A stretch of DNA of 56,877 bases from a virus: positions 1 through 56,877 of IMG/VR virus record IMGVR_UViG_3300048928_000366. One strand, given 5' to 3'. Positions 18,387 through 26,833 of the stretch are shown here, piece by piece. The position numbers and the translations under genes are program-made. The notes beneath the pieces are model-generated. The model was not told the DNA's origin, did no database searches, and was given only the letters and a program-made list of their open reading frames with translations. Numbering within the stretch: position 1 is the stretch's first letter; each line of letters starts with the position of its first letter.

Positions 18387-18611
18387 ATGGCACTATTGAT
18401 CAACTACACGGTAGGTGATCCCGGAGCGCCTGTTGATGGGGCTACAAACTACTATAATCCTGGACTTGCAGGAAAGAAGATAAAGGTCTTTCGTGAGGGG
18501 CTTTATCAATACAAATCAGGTATCAATAGAATAATTCCAACAGCCTCCGGGACAATAATTTTTATTCCTGCTCAATGGGCGGGAGAGAGAATACGAATAC
18601 AAACTATATGA
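18387..18611 (+). CDS. Free-standing copy of the ~70-aa module shared with ORFs 96-713 and 7636-9012
   Basis: The whole 74-aa protein aligns with the C-termini of the other two (KIKVFREGLYQ...GTIIFIPAQWAGERIRIQ). Confidence 0.5.
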   Translation: MALLINYTVGDPGAPVDGATNYYNPGLAGKKIKVFREGLYQYKSGINRIIPTASGTIIFIPAQWAGERIRIQTI

Positions 18612-21043
18612 GACGGATTATCACTTCGATACTATTGTTATTCCTGACAGTCATTTGTGCAGCGCAGACTGCACCACCAATTTCACAAGGAAGTAAGTAC
18701 TACCAATTTAGAAACTCCGTTCGCATAGACAGTGCATTATTCTTGCCCCGGAGAGATACTTTCATTACTGATGCAAGCTTGAAAGCAGCAGGGATGATAA
18801 CGTACAGGCCTGATGGTACGGTGTGGTATTTTAATGGTAGCTATTGGAATCAAGTGTCGCCTGGGTCTGGAAACTTTATAAAGAATGATACTGTTGGTTA
18901 TCAAAATGCTGGATTTTCTATTTCGCTACCTGGGAAAATAAACTATATCACTGATACAACTGGCCAGCGATATGGTGCGCTAGAAGTTTATCGAACCATA
19001 TCAAACCCGGACTATAAGGCCCCTCAGAATATTAGGTCTGTATTTAGAGTATATTCTACTGAGGCAGGACACGAGGATAAAGAGCTGACAGGAATGTACG
19101 CCGGCCTGCATATTGATGCACTTAATACGCAGCAATATACTAATAACACAGAAGGGATCATCGGTGTAGCGACAACAGTATCAAATTTTGGTAATGGGAA
19201 TATTGCTTTGATGTCCGGCTTCTCTGCTGCTGGCGGTCACAGTTCTACAGCTACAGGCATTATCGACAGGTGGATGTTCTTCCGTGGTACCGGTTATAAC
19301 ACGCATAGTAATCCAGGCAAACTAAATAATTTGGTAGGTGTAGGTTTCGCAAAGCTTACAGCTGGAGGTACTTCAAACATAAATTTTTTGACAGGCATAG
19401 GTGATATTGATGGCGCAACAGGGACTAGACTAATAGGTAATATCCCATGGCCTGCTGGTAATTGGCATATGTTTGATAGTTCTGGATATAAAAGTTATTT
19501 CCGCGGCAGTCTTATGCTAGGCGATTTAACTGATACAACATATAAATTCAGAGTAGCAGGAAGAACATATCTTGACGATACATTAAGAGTACCAAGGGTT
19601 GTTGGAGGAATGATAAACACTGATAAATTAACGTTTAGGAATTATAGCAATAGCTTATCTCCTGTTTCTATAGATAGTAATGGTATTGCATTGGGAACTA
19701 CATCAGGCATTGCAGGTACGCTATTGAACATCAGCAAAATTTATGCAAGCCCTACTACTAACGTTACCTCTATGCGAGTCACTCCACAGGTATACGAAAC
19801 GCTGACAACACATTCAAGTGGTTTAATAGCCGCTACGTTTCAACCGATTATCACGGGAGCAAATAATAAGAGCTGGGGAGCCGGCGCGGTCCAGGGTATT
19901 TCTGTCGCTCCTACGATTTCAGCCGGAGCATCGGGAACTATACCAAACATTTACGCAGAGACAGTCACAAAGACATTTAATGCATCGTCTGCTATTGTGG
20001 ATACGTTTGTCTATAAACGTACATATCCTTCAGCTGAATCTACACCATCAACCGTTAATCATATAATATACGATTTGGTCGGCGTTGGTCTGGGCGTTGG
20101 AGGGCATTGGAGCAGGTACGATGCGACCACGTACAACTCATACTGGGGAACCGGCAATCAGTTGATCAATACCAATTCCGACAATGGTTTCGGTGAAAAG
20201 CTGCAGGTGAATGGTCGTGTGGACGCAAGCAGGGCAACACGCGGCAGTAATCTTATTACAAAAGATCAGTTAGATAGTCTTAGCGCAAGTACTTCAACTT
20301 TCGTGCAAAATTTATCTATTGCAGCAGGTAGTCAAGCAGCGTCTTTTAATATTTCAGGACAGGGGCAGATAGCAGGTTCTAATGCTTATAAAATGTTCCT
20401 GAATAGAGCAAATAGAACAGTAGGCGGTGTTGTAGCTTTTAAGACGGGTACTGATACTAGCGGCTACGTTGGCCTTGGATCACTATTAAGCGACGATGTG
20501 ATGCTGGTTGGTTTAAAAGATGGTGCTGCTATAAGAACACGTGATACATCGAGAATCAGATTTGGTTCTCATTCCCCAGAATACACTTATATGATGGGTA
20601 AAAAGGGCAAGTGGAAAGTAGGCGACAGTGTATTAACTGATCCAACATTACCCTTCGAGGTTGAATCGGCACAGGATACCTCTATTTTGACAGCACACAA
20701 GATCATTGGTAATGGACTGATTAGTAATAGTAGTATCACTGTAAATGGGGGGTATGCCGGTCGTATAGTAACAGTATCAGGGACTAGCTACAGCCCAAAC
20801 GCTTTAGACTGGACAATCATTTGCACCAACACAAATACAGTGACTATAACACTGCCAGACGCAACTACTGCCTCGGGCCGTATTTACCACATAAAGAAGG
20901 GTAATAATAGCGCAAACCCTGTTAACATCAATACTACATCTTCACAGAACATTGATGCGACCACAACGGCGGCAATATCCACCTCATATGGTTTTCTGAC
21001 AGTCGTGTCAAACGGCACTCAATGGTATATCTTAAATAATTAA
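18608..21043 (+). CDS. Large fibre-like / receptor-binding-like protein with an N-terminal signal-peptide-like segment
   Basis: ATG 18608 overlaps the upstream TGA. The N-terminus MRRIITSILLLFLTVICAAQ is signal-peptide-like. 811 aa, Gly/Thr/Ser/Asn-rich. Confidence 0.55.
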   Translation: MRRIITSILLLFLTVICAAQTAPPISQGSKYYQFRNSVRIDSALFLPRRDTFITDASLKAAGMITYRPDGTVWYFNGSYWNQVSPGSGNFIKNDTVGYQNAGFSISLPGKINYITDTTGQRYGALEVYRTISNPDYKAPQNIRSVFRVYSTEAGHEDKELTGMYAGLHIDALNTQQYTNNTEGIIGVATTVSNFGNGNIALMSGFSAAGGHSSTATGIIDRWMFFRGTGYNTHSNPGKLNNLVGVGFAKLTAGGTSNINFLTGIGDIDGATGTRLIGNIPWPAGNWHMFDSSGYKSYFRGSLMLGDLTDTTYKFRVAGRTYLDDTLRVPRVVGGMINTDKLTFRNYSNSLSPVSIDSNGIALGTTSGIAGTLLNISKIYASPTTNVTSMRVTPQVYETLTTHSSGLIAATFQPIITGANNKSWGAGAVQGISVAPTISAGASGTIPNIYAETVTKTFNASSAIVDTFVYKRTYPSAESTPSTVNHIIYDLVGVGLGVGGHWSRYDATTYNSYWGTGNQLINTNSDNGFGEKLQVNGRVDASRATRGSNLITKDQLDSLSASTSTFVQNLSIAAGSQAASFNISGQGQIAGSNAYKMFLNRANRTVGGVVAFKTGTDTSGYVGLGSLLSDDVMLVGLKDGAAIRTRDTSRIRFGSHSPEYTYMMGKKGKWKVGDSVLTDPTLPFEVESAQDTSILTAHKIIGNGLISNSSITVNGGYAGRIVTVSGTSYSPNALDWTIICTNTNTVTITLPDATTASGRIYHIKKGNNSANPVNINTTSSQNIDATTTAAISTSYGFLTVVSNGTQWYILNN

Positions 21044-21045
21044 TC

Positions 21046-21300
21046 ATGACAAAGCTAAGCATTAAAAACACGAAGCATGCCAGCCCATCTTGGATGGTGA
21101 ATTTAACCGGTATCCTTGCGTTGATCACGCCAATTCTTCCCAGTTTAGTTCAAACCATGCCGGGGAGCGTTTCAAATGACACAAAAGAATGGCTGCTATG
21201 GATAATGTCGGCCCTTACGGCACTATCCGGAACCGCTACGATGTTTGCAAAGAAAGATGTAATTGGTGATGGTACACGGCCGCCAAAAGGACCGAAATGA
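21046..21300 (+). CDS. Holin-like membrane protein
   Basis: 84 aa with two hydrophobic helices. First gene of the lysis-position cassette. Confidence 0.4.
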   Translation: MTKLSIKNTKHASPSWMVNLTGILALITPILPSLVQTMPGSVSNDTKEWLLWIMSALTALSGTATMFAKKDVIGDGTRPPKGPK

Positions 21301-21653
21301 TAAAGCGTAGTCATATCTTGATAGTGCTTGCCGCTGTAGGAGTGCTCTGTTTTTATGGAGCACACAAAATGCTACAGCTCAACTGGATTGTTGATGATAC
21401 TTATTTTGCAGTATACTCTGTTGGCATTATGTTTTGGTCATTCAGGATCAGGCTACAGAACATCTCCCTTGCCGATTCGCTCGTCGGTAATATCATTATG
21501 TGGCTTTGCATTTTTAACGTCCTGGACGAATTATTTTCAGCCAATCCAGTAAAGCCGTATAGGCCCTACATAGTAACCATTATCGTAATTATAACCAGCA
21601 TCTACATATACACCAGGCAATGCAGGAAGGAACGGACGAATTCAAAGAGTTGA
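21297..21653 (+). CDS. Membrane protein (lysis cassette)
   Basis: 118 aa, multi-TM, ATGA overlap with the upstream ORF. Confidence 0.4.
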   Translation: MIKRSHILIVLAAVGVLCFYGAHKMLQLNWIVDDTYFAVYSVGIMFWSFRIRLQNISLADSLVGNIIMWLCIFNVLDELFSANPVKPYRPYIVTIIVIITSIYIYTRQCRKERTNSKS

Positions 21654-21937
21654 TCTATAAGATCGCTATTTATATACCGGGGGTGATTATCGGCCTCGCG
21701 GCTAAGCTGAGTCGAATCAACCGGAACAAAAAGCTAACCATGAGAGAAGCATTATTTCAAACAGCAGTAGCCTTTTCCACGGCCTGGGTGGTTTGGTTCC
21801 TGCTCGAATATTGGGGATACTCACGTCTGTCGGCACCAGCAGCGGTAGTGTGTGGACGTTTTGGCGATGAAATAATGATCTTCCTGTGGAAGTATATTAA
21901 GATGAGTATAGAGAATGTAATCAAAGCAATCAAATGA
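21620..21937 (+). CDS. Membrane protein (holin/spanin-like)
   Basis: 105 aa with TM segments. Overlaps both neighbours. Confidence 0.4.
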   Translation: MQEGTDEFKELIYKIAIYIPGVIIGLAAKLSRINRNKKLTMREALFQTAVAFSTAWVVWFLLEYWGYSRLSAPAAVVCGRFGDEIMIFLWKYIKMSIENVIKAIK

Positions 21938-22455
21938 AAAATTATTATGAAGATAAACCACTAGTACCTTACCTGAGGACGACAGTTGAGATGCCAGCAG
22001 TGATTGAGTATCTTAAAAAAGCGGATGCTTCGGCGGAGGTAAAGCGGGCTGCATACGTCATGTTCAGGTTTGAATCCGGGAACGGCAGTAAGGGCCTCAA
22101 TGAAAATTACGTGGGCGCCCAGGCTGACAGCGGGCGGTGGCCTGCTAAGTTCGACGCAGCGATCACCGGAGTAATTCGCAAGGTGGAGAATGGTACCGGT
22201 AAGGAACGTTTATTCCTGCAATTTGCGTCCTTCGGCGCGGGATTGGATTTCCTGCTGGACCGGGTGGAGAGTCGGGGCCTGTATGTTGGAGGACTTGAGC
22301 ATCTAATCACCAAGAAACAAGTCACCGACCCTCTTGGACTGGCCATTGCCTACAAAAAGAGCTGGGTGCATGGCAGTAATAAGTATAAGCCCACGGAGCA
22401 AGATATAGCAATCTTCCTTTCCATATACCGGCAAGCAGAAAAGATATTTTTCTGA
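21934..22455 (+). CDS. Putative endolysin (family not recognised)
   Basis: Follows three membrane proteins at the end of the late operon. The FRFESGNG motif is weakly transglycosylase-like. The functional call is positional. Confidence 0.3.
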   Translation: MKNYYEDKPLVPYLRTTVEMPAVIEYLKKADASAEVKRAAYVMFRFESGNGSKGLNENYVGAQADSGRWPAKFDAAITGVIRKVENGTGKERLFLQFASFGAGLDFLLDRVESRGLYVGGLEHLITKKQVTDPLGLAIAYKKSWVHGSNKYKPTEQDIAIFLSIYRQAEKIFF

Positions 22456-22489
22456 TTTCCTGAACTTAGATTTTGGTTGATAGTACGCG

Positions 22490-22516
22490 GCCGGGTATTC
22501 CTGCCCGGCTTTTTTT
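22490..22516 (+). terminator. Rho-independent terminator ending the late operon
   Basis: GCCGGG-N8-CCCGGC stem followed by T7. Confidence 0.75.
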
Positions 22517-22600
22517 GTTTCTGTTAATATTCTATTAACAAGTAATTACTTATATACAAGTAAATTGCCCATATTCTTAACTCCGTTTAAAACACGAAAA

Positions 22601-22912
22601 ATGAGCACCAATGAAGTTCCGCGTTTCCTTTTGTCGATGGCTCCCAGTAAAGAGATGAAAATTGGCAATATTACAGCCCCTGTGCTTGAACGTTTTATTG
22701 TTCACACTCAACATCCAAGATTTATTGCGAGCCTTGAGCGTATTCCGGGCAGCGATGACGAGATAGACCTTACAGTTATTGCGTATATCGATAAAGAATA
22801 TGCGCAACAAGACATTGATGAAGCATTAGATGCAGCAGTGGAGTTTTACACAGGATTGCAATGGATAAGACACTTCAAAGATTCTTATATAATAGGGTCA
22901 GGACAATCCTGA
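22601..22912 (+). CDS. Hypothetical protein (moron-like, near the att end)
   Basis: ATG at 22601 is preferred over TTG at 22565. The stop lies inside a 12-bp-stem hairpin. Confidence 0.5.
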   Translation: MSTNEVPRFLLSMAPSKEMKIGNITAPVLERFIVHTQHPRFIASLERIPGSDDEIDLTVIAYIDKEYAQQDIDEALDAAVEFYTGLQWIRHFKDSYIIGSGQS

Positions 22913-22918
22913 CCCTAT
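22892..22918. terminator. 12-bp perfect hairpin between convergent genes (possible bidirectional terminator)
   Basis: ATAGGGTCAGGA-caa-TCCTGACCCTAT. No clear T-run follows. Confidence 0.4.
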
Positions 22919-22973
22919 GTCCCTTCCAGATTTGCACCATACATGGATTGTATGTTAGTTTAAAGTAAGTGTA

Positions 22974-23210
22974 TTAGCTATTACCTACTTTCTTCCACCT
23001 ATTATGCTTGCTGTTTGATACGAAGTACTGTTTTATTAAGTCTACGATAGTTGATTCATGAGAATCTACTTCCTCTGTTATTCTTTTTACCTCATGACCT
23101 ATTCTTTCATAGAGGATAGATTTGCCGGCAATTCGTGCCTGGATAATATTTTGATGCGGCAATTTTCTGAGTAATAGTACTTCATTATCTTCAGGGAATG
23201 TGAACATCAT
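22974..23210 (-). CDS. Hypothetical protein
   Basis: 78-aa ORF divergent from the HTH gene. Confidence 0.45.
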   Translation of the reverse strand: MMFTFPEDNEVLLLRKLPHQNIIQARIAGKSILYERIGHEVKRITEEVDSHESTIVDLIKQYFVSNSKHNRWKKVGNS

Positions 23211-23317
23211 AACGAACTTGGATTTGAGGGTTTATACTCCAAATTAGTGAATTTTTCCGACTGTACATGTTTTCGTGTACAAAATTACCGAGCCTATTTT
23301 AGAGCTTTCGGTCACAA

Positions 23318-23536
23318 ATGACCGAAAAGGAACATATAATATTAAAGGCGATCAGAAATAAGATCAAGGAAACCAGGACAAAACAGGGGTTAAGTATAAG
23401 GGCATTGGCGGCGAAGGCAGACATAGACCCGACATTGCTTCATGAATACGAAATAGGTATACGAGATACTAGAAGTTTGAACCTCATACGCATACTGGTA
23501 GCGCTGGACATAGACCTCAGTTCACTTACCGATTAA
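23318..23536 (+). CDS. XRE-family helix-turn-helix transcriptional regulator
   Basis: The pattern RTKQGLSIRALAAKADIDPTLLHEYEIG is a classic HTH_3 pattern. Confidence 0.75.
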   Translation: MTEKEHIILKAIRNKIKETRTKQGLSIRALAAKADIDPTLLHEYEIGIRDTRSLNLIRILVALDIDLSSLTD

Positions 23537-23782
23537 GACATAAATTTAGACATACTTTGAAATTAAAACTTGCAGATCGTCTGTGGTAGCGTGTTTTGTG
23601 GGTTAATGCTAAAATTCCACGTTATGGTACTCAGGTCCATAAAAAGTTAATATTTGTCCTGCCGTGGCCACAGAGCCTATTATTCAATGATTTATCTATT
23701 TTATTTTTCACCTCAAACTGGACATCTTTTGACATCTTTTCCCTAAATTTGGACATACATTTAGACATACACTTAATACGTT
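23536..23782. other. Putative attP region with arm-type GACAT(A/C) repeats
   Basis: ATTTAGACATAC occurs at 23544-23555 and 23759-23770. GACATCTTTT is tandem at 23721-23740, with AGACATA at 23536-23542 and GGACATAC at 23751-23758. The region is directly upstream of int. Confidence 0.5.
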
Positions 23783-24988
23783 ATGCCCAGAACCAGCTCC
23801 ACGTTAGTAGCTAACAATTATATATATGTTAGCTTCAGATGCGACGATGACCGCCTCCGATATCCAACTGGGGTTAAAGATAGTAATTCTCTTGGAAAGT
23901 CCGAATCAAAAAAGATTGAGAAGATTAAAGGACTAATTGACAATTATTCACTTCAATATGAATTACTGGGGCAGCCGGTTAAAAAGGCAGAGCTTGAGTC
24001 CTACCTTGATAGGCTTGTCAAGCCTGATAAGGTTAAAAAGAAATCTGATCGGGATTTTGTCTCTGATCATAAGCGGATGATACAGGCAATGCGGGACGGT
24101 ACGTTGTTAAAGAAAAAAAGCAAAAAGAAATATAGCCCCGCCTCGATAGACCAATATCAACGGATGAGGGAACGATGGGAAGAATGCGCCGCCGACCCTA
24201 CAAGTGGTTTCCTTCTATCCTACGATATGACAATCGAAATATTTCGTAAACTGCTTGTCTGGTTGATTAAAAAGAACTATTCCCAGAATTCGATTTATAA
24301 TATAGTAAACAATCTTGAAATATTTCTAAGGTACGCATATAACGAGGGGTATCACGCAAACAAGATATATGAGCATCGAGAGTTTGCTGTTCCCCAGGAA
24401 GAGTCGGACGCCATAGCTCCAACATATGATGAGGTGATCACCTTATATAATACACCATTTAAAAGAAAGTCAGAAGAGCAGGCGCGCGATCTCTTCGTAT
24501 ATGGTTGTTTTCTTGCACTTAGAGTTAAGGACTTAAACAGAATAAATGAATATAAATTGATAGGTAACGTATATGAGCTATCAACCCAGAAGACTGGCAA
24601 GAAGGTAATTATACCATGTCATTGGATAGGAAGGGAGATATATAATAAGTACAATGGGATAATTCCCACGTTTCTTCGTCAGACTTTTTCACGAATTCTT
24701 CCCCGGATATGTAAGGCGGCTGGCATTACCGGCGAGAAGTTAATTACTATGACGGTCGGAGGGGAGAAAATCGAAAAGTATTACAAACGATGGGATTTGA
24801 TCAGTCCTCACTCGATGAGGCGGTTTTATGCAACCTGGATGTACAGAGATCTACGGCGGCAACCTCGGGAGATAATGGCTATAACTGGTCATGAGTCTGA
24901 AGAATCTTTCTTTAAATACATAAAAATTGAGTTGGAGATGAACGCGCATGAGATTGCAAACGATCCGGCTTTCAAGAAGCCTGTTTGA
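23783..24988 (+). CDS. int: Tyrosine recombinase / phage integrase
   Basis: Catalytic-type motifs LALRVKDL, HSMRRFYAT and GHESEESFFKYI (R...HxxR...H...Y). Confidence 0.9.
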   Translation: MPRTSSTLVANNYIYVSFRCDDDRLRYPTGVKDSNSLGKSESKKIEKIKGLIDNYSLQYELLGQPVKKAELESYLDRLVKPDKVKKKSDRDFVSDHKRMIQAMRDGTLLKKKSKKKYSPASIDQYQRMRERWEECAADPTSGFLLSYDMTIEIFRKLLVWLIKKNYSQNSIYNIVNNLEIFLRYAYNEGYHANKIYEHREFAVPQEESDAIAPTYDEVITLYNTPFKRKSEEQARDLFVYGCFLALRVKDLNRINEYKLIGNVYELSTQKTGKKVIIPCHWIGREIYNKYNGIIPTFLRQTFSRILPRICKAAGITGEKLITMTVGGEKIEKYYKRWDLISPHSMRRFYATWMYRDLRRQPREIMAITGHESEESFFKYIKIELEMNAHEIANDPAFKKPV

Positions 24989-25244
24989 TCTTTTTTAAGT
25001 CTTTTCGCTGCAGGGTGATCTTCTTCCCGACGCGGAATCCATTTATTTTTAATTCCTTCATCCGCCTGCGCATGGTCCGCATGCTGCAGTTCAGCTCAGC
25101 TGCTGCCTGCTCCACTGTGATATCCTCCCAGTCAGATGGCTTCTGGTCTTCCTCTTTTAGTTTACGTAGTGCGCCTTCAACGGACTCACTGATGATAGCA
25201 CGAAACTCTGCTGGCGTTAACTGAATAATTTCTATCTTTTCCAT
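24972..25244 (-). CDS. xis: Excisionase-family HTH DNA-binding protein
   Basis: ITVEQAAAELNCSMRTMRRRMKE...ITLQRKDL resembles MerR/excisionase HTH_17. Convergent with int and last gene of the early operon. Confidence 0.65.
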   Translation of the reverse strand: MEKIEIIQLTPAEFRAIISESVEGALRKLKEEDQKPSDWEDITVEQAAAELNCSMRTMRRRMKELKINGFRVGKKITLQRKDLKKIKQAS

Positions 25245-25312
25245 TGTTCACTGTATTTTTAGTCTGTATTCACTGTTTTTACTCTATAAGTATGGCGTAA
25301 TGTCTATTCCTA

Positions 25313-25651
25313 CTATTTGATATATGATGGAGGCTGTATTTTCAAACCGTGATCTTCTGCAAGTTTTTTCCAATTACGAAGTTTCCATTTTGTAAACATT
25401 GGAATGGATTCGGATTCATATAAGCTGTCTGACAATAACACAATGTGAGATCGCAGCATTGCTGTGTCGCGCTTTAAAGAAGCGTTCTCATTCTGTAAAA
25501 GTTGATTGTTGTGCTCACAGTCTACCACTTGAGATTTCAATTCCTGTTTTCTGTGATCCATTACCACGCAGGATGCGGTAGTAAATATTGACCAGCCTAT
25601 TGAGGTAAACATTACGGCAAAGGTGGCTGTCTGAGTTTTTTTCCTTATCAT
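25313..25651 (-). CDS. Membrane-anchored coiled-coil protein
   Basis: N-terminal TM helix then a heptad-like region. The start codon follows the CAGTGAACA element. Confidence 0.5.
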   Translation of the reverse strand: MIRKKTQTATFAVMFTSIGWSIFTTASCVVMDHRKQELKSQVVDCEHNNQLLQNENASLKRDTAMLRSHIVLLSDSLYESESIPMFTKWKLRNWKKLAEDHGLKIQPPSYIK

Positions 25652-25698
25652 TTGTTCACTGTCCGCTACCGGCGGATGCGGTTTATTAAGTATTGTAA

Positions 25699-25971
25699 TT
25701 AATAATAAAGCTCCTTGATGTAAAGAAAATCTAAACGCTCGGCAATGCTTTGGAAGTTCTCTGAATAACAGTATACCGTTTCGATATAGTCACCGTCTAC
25801 TCTTCGCTCAAGCCCTGTTCTGTAGTGGTACAGTTTCTTATATTCCACCAAACGAGTGGAATCATTAACCTGCTCGATGACTCTGTAGTCTCTTTTAACT
25901 TCAGTTATGTAATAACTATAGCAAGTAACTAGGATGTTTGCTATAAGTACGATTATTAAAAAAGTACGCAT
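25699..25971 (-). CDS. Small membrane protein
   Basis: N-terminal TM helix, 90 aa. Confidence 0.5.
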   Translation of the reverse strand: MRTFLIIVLIANILVTCYSYYITEVKRDYRVIEQVNDSTRLVEYKKLYHYRTGLERRVDGDYIETVYCYSENFQSIAERLDFLYIKELYY

Positions 25972-26004
25972 TGATGTTTTGCCAGTAACCGACTGGCGGC
26001 GGTT

Positions 26005-26259
26005 TTAATTTAATTCTGGATAAAATTCAGCTATCAATCCTGTTGGTGCAGTATATTCTGCGATATACTGCATATAATCAACATACTTAGTTCTGGTTAT
26101 TGTCATAATACATCTGAGGTCATCTTCTGTCTTTGCCAGAACGTCAACTCCATAATTCGGGATATTTCTACCTGGTGATTCTTCAAACCATGACTTCACG
26201 GTTGCGAACTTATAGAGTCCGCTTTTCTTCAAAGGCTTATCCCGTTGCATACCATCCAT
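26005..26259 (-). CDS. Hypothetical protein
   Basis: 84-aa ORF in the leftward operon. Confidence 0.45.
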   Translation of the reverse strand: MDGMQRDKPLKKSGLYKFATVKSWFEESPGRNIPNYGVDVLAKTEDDLRCIMTITRTKYVDYMQYIAEYTAPTGLIAEFYPELN

Positions 26260-26390
26260 TCTATTTTACTTTTTATAAATATTATTTTTTCTGAACTTTC
26301 AAAATACCGGAAAAATCCCCGTCTGAACCTTCACACTTAGCAGATACCTTTGATGCGTACAATATTTTTAACTCAAAATCATAGTGAACA

Positions 26391-26774
26391 ATGAGAAAGA
26401 CTAGTCGTCTTATCGCTACGCTATCTGCTGTAGCATTGATCTTGCTTTGTAGTACTGCCTTCGCCAGCCATGTTACTCCACCCGCAAAAAAGATTGTTGG
26501 TAGGTATGTTTTCAAAAGAACGCCACCAGCCGTCGGATCTTTCGTCAGGGTGTGGGGTACTCCTAATTGCTTTGAACAGTCCAGCACCGGAGACAATCCC
26601 GGGAATCCTCTTTGGTGGGTTAATAAGAAGATGAAAGTATTAAGCGTCTACATTAGTTGCGAAGGCGTGGCAAACGGGTCAATGACCATACAAGCAAATA
26701 CAGCAGGCACCATCTACAGCGCGTATAACGGCTATACAACTACATGGCCATCAGACCAGTGGTCAGCATGGTGA
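26391..26774 (+). CDS. Secreted protein (moron, opposite strand to the surrounding operon)
   Basis: Signal peptide MRKTSRLIATLSAVALILLCSTAFA. It has its own TACCTTTG -7 box (26345-26352) and its own terminator. TAGTGAACA abuts the ATG. Confidence 0.6.
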   Translation: MRKTSRLIATLSAVALILLCSTAFASHVTPPAKKIVGRYVFKRTPPAVGSFVRVWGTPNCFEQSSTGDNPGNPLWWVNKKMKVLSVYISCEGVANGSMTIQANTAGTIYSAYNGYTTTWPSDQWSAW

Positions 26775-26808
26775 TATTATCATAATGCCTACAAGCCCTT
26801 TGTTAAGC

Positions 26809-26833
26809 GCCCCGGCTATCCCGGGGCTTTTTT
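26809..26833 (+). terminator. Rho-independent terminator of the secreted-protein moron
   Basis: GCCCCGG-ctatc-CCGGGGC stem followed by T6. Confidence 0.7.

Noticed and set aside
23596-23814. 72-aa plus-strand ORF upstream of int
   Set aside because: It starts with a non-ATG codon, runs through the arm-type repeat arrays of the attP-like region, and has an implausible low-complexity translation.
26282-26596. 104-aa minus-strand ORF overlapping the secreted-protein gene
   Set aside because: The plus-strand ORF has a clear signal peptide, its own -7 box, the start-codon motif and a terminator. The minus-strand ORF has none of these.
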